Shown here: in pieces, positions 18,516 through 26,891 of the stretch
Position numbering within the stretch: position 1 is the first letter of the stretch
Layout of the letters: the number at the start of each line of letters is the position of its first letter
Virus record (IMG/VR): IMGVR_UViG_3300032069_000005
Location: 22,232-86,231 of that record
Source: a virus
Strand: one strand, 5' to 3'
Length of the DNA: 64,000 bases
Translations under genes and position numbers: made by a program
The notes under the pieces: generated by a model
The model's input: the letters and a program-made list of their open reading frames with translations, nothing else
The model's database searches: none
What the model was told of the DNA's origin: nothing

Positions 18516-19669
18516 AAAAAATATATATAAATAAACCAGGAAATACTACATTCGTAATGGTTGCGGTAAATACTGGAGCGTTTAACGAAGTAGATGCCTA
18601 TAAGGGAATTTCTCATTTTGTAGAACATCTTTGTTTTAAAGGAAATCCAAAAAGAAACCAAGAACAAATTTCTTCAGCAATCGACAATATTGGCGGAGTT
18701 TTAAATGCCTTTACCGATTGGGAAATAACTGCATATTGGGCTAAAGTAGGAAATTCATATAAAGATTTGGCTATAGATGTTATTTCTGATTTGGCAACTA
18801 AACCCATATTCCCAGAAAAAGAAATTGATAAAGAGCGAGAAGTAATTATCCAAGAACTAAAAATGTATGAGGATGACCCTAAATCCGCAGTTTATGATTT
18901 ATTTAATAAACAATTATATAGCAAAGAGTCTGGATTTTATCTTCCAATTATAGGAACTAATGAAACTCTCAATAATATTAAGAGAGATAATTTAATTTCC
19001 TATCATAAAGAAAAATACAATAATCCCACATTAATAGTAGTTGGAAATGTAAAAAATTATTCTACTATTAGTTATCCTAATCCAAAATATATGCCATCTT
19101 CATTGGAAAAAGAACCAAAAGATTTATTAGTTGAAAGAAAAAATATAACTCAAGCGAATATTCTCATAGGAAATTCTATTAACTTAACAGATAAATTTGA
19201 CAAAATAGAACAATCGCATTGTTTATTATTGCTCGATGCGGTCTATGGTGATATGTCTGGAAGATTATTTAAAACAATTAGAGAAAAATATAATATGGTC
19301 TATCGAGTTCATTTTAATTGGGATTTATTTAGTAATGGATTTATTCAATGGGAAGTATCTGCGGGATTAGAAAAAGAAAATATTGCCCAGGCAAGAGATT
19401 TAATTATTCAGGAATTAATTCGCCCAATTTCAGAAAAAGATATGGATATTATTTTAAATAAGGCGATTGGGCAAAGAGAAATGACATTCGACAACAATAT
19501 CAACGTAGGCAGCACAATTGCATATTCATTATATAAAGGAATTGATTATAAAGAATATTTAAATAATTATGATGAATATCTCGAAAAAGCAACAGAAGTG
19601 GTAAACGAGTTTATAGAAAAAATGAAATTTAACAATAATATTTTAGTCGGAATTGTGCCCGAAAAATGA
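18512..19669 (+). CDS. M16 family zinc peptidase
   Basis: GISHFVEH (HxxEH), LNAFT, EREVIIQE, RLFKTIREK. Confidence 0.9.
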   Translation: MKKIYINKPGNTTFVMVAVNTGAFNEVDAYKGISHFVEHLCFKGNPKRNQEQISSAIDNIGGVLNAFTDWEITAYWAKVGNSYKDLAIDVISDLATKPIFPEKEIDKEREVIIQELKMYEDDPKSAVYDLFNKQLYSKESGFYLPIIGTNETLNNIKRDNLISYHKEKYNNPTLIVVGNVKNYSTISYPNPKYMPSSLEKEPKDLLVERKNITQANILIGNSINLTDKFDKIEQSHCLLLLDAVYGDMSGRLFKTIREKYNMVYRVHFNWDLFSNGFIQWEVSAGLEKENIAQARDLIIQELIRPISEKDMDIILNKAIGQREMTFDNNINVGSTIAYSLYKGIDYKEYLNNYDEYLEKATEVVNEFIEKMKFNNNILVGIVPEK

Positions 19670-20574
19670 TAAATAAAAAATTATTTTGGTTGTATTTACT
19701 TTCTGCTTCTATTTATGCAACTCAAGGATTAGAAGGGCTTCCTGGATTGCCATTATTCTTTTATCTTAAAGAACATCTTCATTTAACTCCAGAAAAAATA
19801 ATGTGGATTTCGTCGATTATTACTCTCCCTTGGTTAATTAAACCGATATTTGGATTTTTTATCGACAATTTCTTAACTAAGAAAATTTGGATTATTCTTT
19901 CTCTTATTGGAAGTATTTTGGTGTCTTTCTATTTCGGATTATCTCCTTATTTAACTATTCCTATAATTATATTAGTATCGATTTTAGGAAATTTAGCAAC
20001 TGCTTGGAGAGATATTTCAAACGACGGATTGGCGTGTGTAGAAGGCAAAGAAAATAATTGCTGTGATATTTTTCAGAATGTGCAATGGACTTCAATTACT
20101 TTGGCAGGGATTATTACAGGATTAGCTGGAGGATATATTGCCGACCATTTTAATTATAAATTTGCTTATTTATGTTTAATTCCTATTTATTTAATTATTA
20201 TAGGAATTGTATTAAAATATAAAGAACAAAATGCTTTAAAAGAATTAAAAAAACATTATCATAGTTCAATTACCATACATCATAGAAAGAAATCATCTTT
20301 GTTAGGTAACATTCTATCTTATAAAGAACTCTTTGCAAATAAATCATTTTTATTAGGCTGTTTATTTATTTTTCTATTTAATTTTAATCCAAGTTTCGGA
20401 ACACCTTTATTATTTATTGAAAGAAAATGGGGTTGGTCAGGATTTTTTATTGGGTTATTAGGAGCATTAAGTTCAACTATTAGTATTATTGGGGCACTTT
20501 TATATTATAAATTTAGTAAAAAAATTAAAAATAAAGATATGAAAATAATCATTCCAACAATCAAAATAAAATGA
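19666..20574 (+). CDS. BT1/folate-biopterin-like MFS transporter, N-terminal part
   Basis: LPWLIKPIFGFFID, multiple TM helices; ends prematurely. Confidence 0.75.
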   Translation: MINKKLFWLYLLSASIYATQGLEGLPGLPLFFYLKEHLHLTPEKIMWISSIITLPWLIKPIFGFFIDNFLTKKIWIILSLIGSILVSFYFGLSPYLTIPIIILVSILGNLATAWRDISNDGLACVEGKENNCCDIFQNVQWTSITLAGIITGLAGGYIADHFNYKFAYLCLIPIYLIIIGIVLKYKEQNALKELKKHYHSSITIHHRKKSSLLGNILSYKELFANKSFLLGCLFIFLFNFNPSFGTPLLFIERKWGWSGFFIGLLGALSSTISIIGALLYYKFSKKIKNKDMKIIIPTIKIK

Positions 20575-20648
20575 AAAATAAATGTAATTGTGGAGGTTAT
20601 AAATTGGGAAAAAGAATTAATAAGAACAAATGAATTAAAGGAAAAATT

Positions 20649-21035
20649 ATGCGTGTGGTTATCGAATATAAAGAAGTTATTTTAGACCTGAAAAATATTC
20701 TGAAATTAAGTGTTTTTATTTCAGCCGGAATTACTCTTTTTTATATTTATTTTACTCCCGTAAGTGCAATTATTTATAGTTGTTTATTTAGTATTTTTGG
20801 TATGTTTATTTTCCTTACTGTTATGACCTTTATGGCAGAATCAACTATTAAAGGAAAAGAATCTACATCATTTGCATTACTTTGTTCTATTAATAATTTA
20901 GCAGGAACTTTATCGATAATGACCGGAGCATTTTTATTACCTTTGCTCGGACTAAAGTGGCTTATTATTTTATCTGCGGGGACTTCATTTTTGTGCTTCC
21001 CCCTAATTGGCAAATTAGGAATAAAAAATGACTAA
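20649..21035 (+). CDS. MFS transporter, C-terminal part
   Basis: GKESTSFALLCSINNLAG; about four TM helices completing the upstream ORF. Confidence 0.7.
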   Translation: MRVVIEYKEVILDLKNILKLSVFISAGITLFYIYFTPVSAIIYSCLFSIFGMFIFLTVMTFMAESTIKGKESTSFALLCSINNLAGTLSIMTGAFLLPLLGLKWLIILSAGTSFLCFPLIGKLGIKND

Positions 21036-21213
21036 ATTATCTATCGAAGAAAAAACTAAACTAATTGAGAGAATACAGAAATTATTTTCTTTGGGTGATA
21101 GTTCCAGAAATCCCAATGAGGATGAAGTAAAAAGTGCCCTATGAAAAGCCAAACAATTAACGAGACAACATAATTTAAGTTTATCAAAATTAAGGGGAAG
21201 AAATAATGAATAA
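21028..21213 (+). pseudogene. DUF2786-like fragment with an in-frame TGA
   Basis: IERIQKLFSLGDSSRNPNEDEVKSAL*KAKQLTRQHNL; TGA at 21142-21144. Confidence 0.55.
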
Positions 21214-21796
21214 AATTTATCGAAATGACGAAGAACCCATTGAAGATATTATCAAAAAAGATGAGCGATATACCGAAGAATATTATTTTCGAGTATTAAA
21301 TAAAGACCGATATATTCTTTTATATGATATTATTACAAATACATCTACCGATATAACAGTTTCTAAAATAAAAGCAATGAATATATTAGATTCAAAGAAA
21401 CCAATTACAATCGAAATTAACAGCCCTGGTGGAGATGTTAGTTGCGGATTCTCTTTAATTAATGCGATTGAACAAAGTATTGCTCCCATTCATACTATTA
21501 TTAGTGGTCAATGTGCAAGTATGGCTGCGTTGATTAGTATTGTAGGAAAGAAACGAAATATATATTATAATTCGTATTGGATGCAACATCCGCTTTCTGA
21601 GGGGCAAGCAGACTATTTGCAGTTTATCAAAGATAGAACCAAATTCTTAATTCATTTAGATAACATAACCAATAATATATTAAGAAAATATACCAAATTA
21701 ACCAAATTAGATTTACGAAAATGCTCTGTTGGAGAACTTTGGCTGTCAGCAGACGAATGTTTAAAAAAAGGCATAGTCGATAAAATAATAAAATGA
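21206..21796 (+). CDS. clpP: ClpP-family serine protease
   Basis: INSPGG, GQCASMA, MQHP, WLSADECLKKGIVD. Confidence 0.85.
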   Translation: MNKIYRNDEEPIEDIIKKDERYTEEYYFRVLNKDRYILLYDIITNTSTDITVSKIKAMNILDSKKPITIEINSPGGDVSCGFSLINAIEQSIAPIHTIISGQCASMAALISIVGKKRNIYYNSYWMQHPLSEGQADYLQFIKDRTKFLIHLDNITNNILRKYTKLTKLDLRKCSVGELWLSADECLKKGIVDKIIK

Positions 21797-21857
21797 AAAA
21801 ATACAAAGAATGTAAAATCACTAAAAAGAGGCATATAAGACCAGCGGAGGAAAAATA

Positions 21858-22506
21858 ATGAATATTTATTTTTCTGCCGACTGGCATCTTTAACCACGCA
21901 AATATAATAAAATATTGCGGAAGAACTGCGTTTATGAATGATGAAGAACTTTCAATTTATAATAAATTAAAAGATAGACCTCAAGAAGAACAAAAACAAT
22001 TTAAAATAAGTAAAGAATCTACTATTAAAATGAATGAAAGATTAATCAACAATTGCAATGAAAGAGTAAAAGAAGATGATATATTGATTTTTGATGGAGA
22101 TTTAGGGTTTAAATCTGGAACTGGCAGAGGGGAAGGAGAACCAGAAAAATTACAAAAATATGTCGAACAAATCAAATGTAAGCATATATATTGGATAGAA
22201 GGCAATCACGATGCAAAAGGCAAAAATAGTTTTAAAACTCCCCTCCAAAAAATGATTATCAAATGTGGGGGGAAAAGAATTTGTATAGTGCATAACCCCG
22301 AATTCGCAGATGTAAACTATGAAATCAACTTAACCGCCCACGTTCATAATAATTGGGAAATGAGGAGAATTCGCAAAGGATTTTCTTACACAGATGCTAT
22401 AAACATAGGCGTAGATGTGTGGAACTTTTATCCCGTAAACTGGCAAGAAATTTGGCAAAGATATTCGCATTACTTAAAGGAATTAAAATGCACCGAATCT
22501 GTATAG
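21858..22506 (+). CDS. calcineurin-like phosphoesterase, needs a +1 frameshift at CTT-TAA (21888-21893)
   Basis: MNIYFSADWHL then +1 frame NHANIIKYCGR..., GD, GNHD, AHVH, NIGVD. Confidence 0.75.
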
Positions 22507-22591
22507 GAATAATTATTGGAATGTTGATTACTTTCTTTATTTTAATAGATGAATTATTTGGATGGTTAACAATTAAGAAATTAAAAAAATT

Positions 22592-23884
22592 ATGGAAAAT
22601 ATTAAACCAATAAATACTGCAATTATTTTAGCTGGCGGTCTGGGCACTCGATATGGCAGCGAAATACCGAAGCAATTCTGTAAGATTAATGGGAAACCAG
22701 CTATTCATTATGTATTAGATGAATATATTGCATCTAATCTATTTCCCAAAATTATCATTGCGATAAATGACCTAAGATACAAATACTTGTTTAAGAATTA
22801 TGATAAAAATACAATCAAAGTAATAAAAGGCGGAGATACTCGCACAAAAACTCTTTATAATGCAGTTCATTATGCCAAGCGGTTTAATCCTGAGAATGTA
22901 TTTATTCAAGATTCTGTTCGCCCATTAATTAAAAAAGAAGACCTACTGCAATATTTAGAAGCCATAAAAGGATTTGATTGTGTTGTTACCTATGAACCAA
23001 TAACAGATGCCCTCTTTGACGATGACCGAGATAAATTTAAATTAATTCAATCTCCTGATGTAGTGAAATTTAAGAAACTCTATCAGGAAATAAATCCCAA
23101 TAATCATACCTCAGCAATCTACCAACAATTAAAAACCCCCAAAATAAACTTCATAAAATTGAACCACGCAAACAATAAAATTACCTATCCTTATGACCTT
23201 TTTATATTAGAACATCTAATAAAATATAATGAGTATTTCCCTCATTCTCCCATTCTAAATGGTCGAACAATATTATTATTGGGTTATTCGGGAGGAATTG
23301 GATATTCAGTTTATGAAAACTTATTACAACGCAATGTTAAACAAATTTGGATTCCTTCTCATAAAGAACTAAATCTGGCGGAAAATTTTGAAGATTCTTT
23401 ATTGAGTAAATATTATGATGTTGATGTGATTATAAATTGTGCAGGAATTCCTTATAAAAATGAAAACTCATTATTATCTCATTATGAAGAAATGATGAAT
23501 GTAAACTTTAGAGCCAATGTCCTATTAATAGAATTTACTAAAAAAATAAGAAAGACATTTCACGATAGACCCATTAATATAGTTACTATTAGTTCTTCTT
23601 CTGCGACAAAAGGTAGACCTGGATTTACTATTTATTCAGCTTCTAAAAGTGCCTTGCATAGCCTGGTCGAAAGTCAGGCAGAAGAACTCGCAAAACAAGA
23701 AATCTATCTCAATTGCGTTTGCCCAGAGAAAGTGAATACTCCTTTTTGGAAAAAATTACATACCCCAATCAATAAATTAGAAACGCTTACTCCACGAGAA
23801 GTGTCTCAAATAGTGGTATCATTTTGCGACACCAAAGAATATGGAAAAATAATTCATATTAGAAAAGGATTGGTTTATGAATAA
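22592..23884 (+). CDS. IspD/TarI cytidylyltransferase fused to an SDR reductase (Bcs1-like CDP-alditol synthase)
   Basis: LAGGLGTR, PKQF, QDSVRP, NNKITYPYD; then GYSGGIG, INCAG, YSASK. Confidence 0.85.
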   Translation: MENIKPINTAIILAGGLGTRYGSEIPKQFCKINGKPAIHYVLDEYIASNLFPKIIIAINDLRYKYLFKNYDKNTIKVIKGGDTRTKTLYNAVHYAKRFNPENVFIQDSVRPLIKKEDLLQYLEAIKGFDCVVTYEPITDALFDDDRDKFKLIQSPDVVKFKKLYQEINPNNHTSAIYQQLKTPKINFIKLNHANNKITYPYDLFILEHLIKYNEYFPHSPILNGRTILLLGYSGGIGYSVYENLLQRNVKQIWIPSHKELNLAENFEDSLLSKYYDVDVIINCAGIPYKNENSLLSHYEEMMNVNFRANVLLIEFTKKIRKTFHDRPINIVTISSSSATKGRPGFTIYSASKSALHSLVESQAEELAKQEIYLNCVCPEKVNTPFWKKLHTPINKLETLTPREVSQIVVSFCDTKEYGKIIHIRKGLVYE

Positions 23885-24602
23885 TATTGCAGTAATAATA
23901 ACTACAATAAAAAAAGACCAAATGATGTTAAAGTGCCTCCCTTCTTTTGACAAACCTGGAATAACAATCTATCTTTTAGACCAGGGGAAAATAACTCCCG
24001 AAAAAGAAACATTCTATAATTCACTTACTGATAAGGGGCATTGTATTTATCATATAGAAAAAGACATTGGATTATCTGCTGCAAGGAATTTTCTGTTAAC
24101 AAAAGTTACTGAACCATATATTATGGTCGCAGACGATGATGTAGAATTATTATCTAATCCCTATGATGTCTTGCATCATTTTGAAGAAAATCCAAATATG
24201 GGTCTCGTTGGCGGATGCCTATTTAATGTAGCTAAAAATAAAGAGCATCATTATGAATATGCCCTGGAAATAAGTAAAAAAATGCTCTGGCTAAAAAATT
24301 CCAATAAAATAGATTTAGTATTAAATTTTTTTATTGCAAGAAAAGAACTTTTTGGGGATATTCAATGGGACGAACAACTTCAGGTCATCGAGCATACGGA
24401 CTTTTTTCTGCGTCTAAAGCAATTAAATAAATGGATTATTGTATATGATAAAGTATTATTTGGAAATCATTATTCTTATGAATTTAGAACAAATGATTAT
24501 ACTACTTTTAGAAAAACTAAATTTGCCAAATGTATGCGAATATTTCATCAAAAATGGGGGATTAATGGAACTAAAAGAGACCTATGGAGGGAGATAAAAT
24601 GA
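23877..24602 (+). CDS. GT2 glycosyltransferase
   Basis: GLSAARN, VADDD, EHTDFF. Confidence 0.8.
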   Translation: MNNIAVIITTIKKDQMMLKCLPSFDKPGITIYLLDQGKITPEKETFYNSLTDKGHCIYHIEKDIGLSAARNFLLTKVTEPYIMVADDDVELLSNPYDVLHHFEENPNMGLVGGCLFNVAKNKEHHYEYALEISKKMLWLKNSNKIDLVLNFFIARKELFGDIQWDEQLQVIEHTDFFLRLKQLNKWIIVYDKVLFGNHYSYEFRTNDYTTFRKTKFAKCMRIFHQKWGINGTKRDLWREIK

Positions 24603-25171
24603 CTAATCCAAATGTAATTAAAGATTTTGACCTTATTCTAAAAGTTACTAAAGAATTAAATGTAAGAATTTTTTTAGAAGGAGGGGTTCTTCTGGGTGCA
24701 ATCAGAAATAAAGATTTCCTTTATCACGATAACGATTTTGATTTTGGAATATATAGGTCTGAATTCCCATCAGAAAGAAAAGATGGTTTTATAAAAGCAT
24801 TGACGAGCAAAGAAATGATATTCAAAGGATTTGAAGCTCCCTGCTTTGCAGAACGAGTAGAATTTGCCCCCAGGGAACATATGATGAAGTTCTGGTCGAA
24901 GTATGCTAAATGGAATGTTGATTTCTTTATCTTTGAAAAAACAGATAATGAATATTATCATAAAGGGTGGGGGGGATATTTTCATTTCCCACTGGAATGT
25001 TTAGACACTTTAGACGAAATTGATTTTTTAGGATATAAAGTATTAGTTCCTCATAATCCAGAATTATACTTAGAAACTTTATATGGAAAAACTTGGAGAA
25101 TTCCCAATCCAGGATTCAAAAAAAATGGGATTAAAAAAGATTATTGTAATTGGACAAAAGAGTTGAGATGA
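24599..25171 (+). CDS. LicD/fukutin-family phosphotransferase
   Basis: GGVLLGAIR, HDNDFDFG, VDFF, VPHNPELYLETLYGKTWRIP. Confidence 0.85.
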   Translation: MTNPNVIKDFDLILKVTKELNVRIFLEGGVLLGAIRNKDFLYHDNDFDFGIYRSEFPSERKDGFIKALTSKEMIFKGFEAPCFAERVEFAPREHMMKFWSKYAKWNVDFFIFEKTDNEYYHKGWGGYFHFPLECLDTLDEIDFLGYKVLVPHNPELYLETLYGKTWRIPNPGFKKNGIKKDYCNWTKELR

Positions 25172-26226
25172 ATAATGCCGAATTTAATAAACAATTAAAA
25201 TCCACAATAAAAAATAAAACAGTTCTTATTACTGGAGGAACTGGTTCTTTAGGACGAACTTTAATAAAAAGATTATTAAACTTTAATCCAAAAAAGATAA
25301 AGATTCTTAGCAGAACAGAAGATAAACGAGCAAAGGCAAAAAAAGAGTTTGAAAAAATATCCATAATCGAATATATTCCTGGCGACATATTGGACAGAGA
25401 CAAACTTAAATTTGCATTAGAAAATGTAGATATTGTCTTTCATTTGGCAGCAATGAAACGAATTGAAGAATGTCAACAACATCCTGAAGAAGCAATCAGA
25501 ATCAATCAAGGAGGAGCATCTAATCTAACCGAATTAATTTTGCAGAATAAAAATATACAATATGTAATCGGAGCGAGTTCGGATAAAGCCTGTAATCCTA
25601 CCAATATTTATGGAAACACTAAAAGGGCAATGGAAGATATATTTATTGGTGCTCAAAGAGGAGCAGAAGGAAGAGGAATTAAAACAAAATTCTCATTAAT
25701 TAGGGGAGGGAATTTTCTTGGAAGTGATGGTTCAGTTCTACCTACCTGGATTAATGCAGCCAAAGCGGGAAAATCATTGGAAATTACCGACCCCGAAATG
25801 AAACGATATACCCTATTATTATCTGAGGCGGCAGATTTATTTCTTTGGGCATTATTGAATTCAAGAGGCGGAGAAATTATTACCAGAGAAATGCCGATGT
25901 TTCGTTTAGGCGATTTAGCAGAAATAATTTCAGATATTTATAAAATAAAAATAAAGAAAATTGGAATAAGAATCGATGGCAGAGAAAAAATTAAAGAAGA
26001 ATTAATTTCAGACACAGAAATTCCATTTACAGAAGAAATATACTATCCTTTCAAAACTAAATATTTAAATAGACCAATAAAATTCAGAATTCTTATATTT
26101 ACTCCTGGGAAAAAGGTAGAGCAAACCCCCGATATTAAATATTCTATCTGTTTATCAAAAAAAGAATTATATAAAATGCTCAAAATCGGAGAGCCTTCTC
26201 CTGGAGAATGGTTTCCTAAAAAATAA
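25168..26226 (+). CDS. UDP-GlcNAc 4,6-dehydratase (PseB/FnlA/CapD-like)
   Basis: ITGGTGSLG, VFHLAAMK, SSDKACNPTNIYGNTK, GNFLGSDGSV, ITDPEMKR. Confidence 0.9.
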   Translation: MNNAEFNKQLKSTIKNKTVLITGGTGSLGRTLIKRLLNFNPKKIKILSRTEDKRAKAKKEFEKISIIEYIPGDILDRDKLKFALENVDIVFHLAAMKRIEECQQHPEEAIRINQGGASNLTELILQNKNIQYVIGASSDKACNPTNIYGNTKRAMEDIFIGAQRGAEGRGIKTKFSLIRGGNFLGSDGSVLPTWINAAKAGKSLEITDPEMKRYTLLLSEAADLFLWALLNSRGGEIITREMPMFRLGDLAEIISDIYKIKIKKIGIRIDGREKIKEELISDTEIPFTEEIYYPFKTKYLNRPIKFRILIFTPGKKVEQTPDIKYSICLSKKELYKMLKIGEPSPGEWFPKK

Positions 26227-26228
26227 CT

Positions 26229-26891
26229 ATGAATGAAATATTAACTGTATTTGTAATTTCTACTCAAAGAAAAGAAAATTATCGAGAATGTATTAATTCA
26301 TTAAAATCTCAGACTATGAATTTTAACTTAATTGAAATAAAAGATATTTCTCCAATGCCAGTCGCTTTTAATAGAATGATTGAATTATATAATCATTCTT
26401 ATTACCATCTTCTAAATAACAATACTGCTGAATTTACTTATACCTCTTATAAATATCAATTAGAAAGTATAAATAAAACTCAAGAAATCATACAAAAACA
26501 TTTAAATTATAAAATTCGCGTATTTGGAGCAGTAGCAAATTCAATAAGTAAAAAAACAATGAGAATTATAGAGCATAATAAAGATTTAACTCATCTTTAT
26601 TATTATCTAAATTATAAAGAAAAAATTCCCAAAATACCTAACAAAAAAGCAATATCAGTAAATGGATATGGTTATTTAGAATTAAACATCGATAATTTTT
26701 CAAATGAAAACCAAAAAATATTAGACTTGCAATCATTTATATTTAATTTTGAAAAGTTTCAAGAAAATCCAATCATTTATCAATTACATCCTCAAATGTG
26801 GAATAACAGAGACTTTTTGCTTTTTGAACAAATATTGAATTATTTAATCTCAATTAATACAAACTTTATTTTCCCAACGGAGATTTTATGA
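26229..26891 (+). CDS. chimera of a glycosyltransferase-like N-terminal fragment and a polysaccharide deacetylase-like domain
   Basis: LTVFVI...ECINSLKSQT; then NHSYYH...FGA...QLHP. Confidence 0.5.
   Translation: MNEILTVFVISTQRKENYRECINSLKSQTMNFNLIEIKDISPMPVAFNRMIELYNHSYYHLLNNNTAEFTYTSYKYQLESINKTQEIIQKHLNYKIRVFGAVANSISKKTMRIIEHNKDLTHLYYYLNYKEKIPKIPNKKAISVNGYGYLELNIDNFSNENQKILDLQSFIFNFEKFQENPIIYQLHPQMWNNRDFLLFEQILNYLISINTNFIFPTEIL

Noticed and set aside
21142-21144. In-frame TGA as evidence of stop-codon reassignment
   Set aside because: TGA ends many genes here in ATGA overlaps, and long genes read cleanly in code 11; a pseudogene is simpler.
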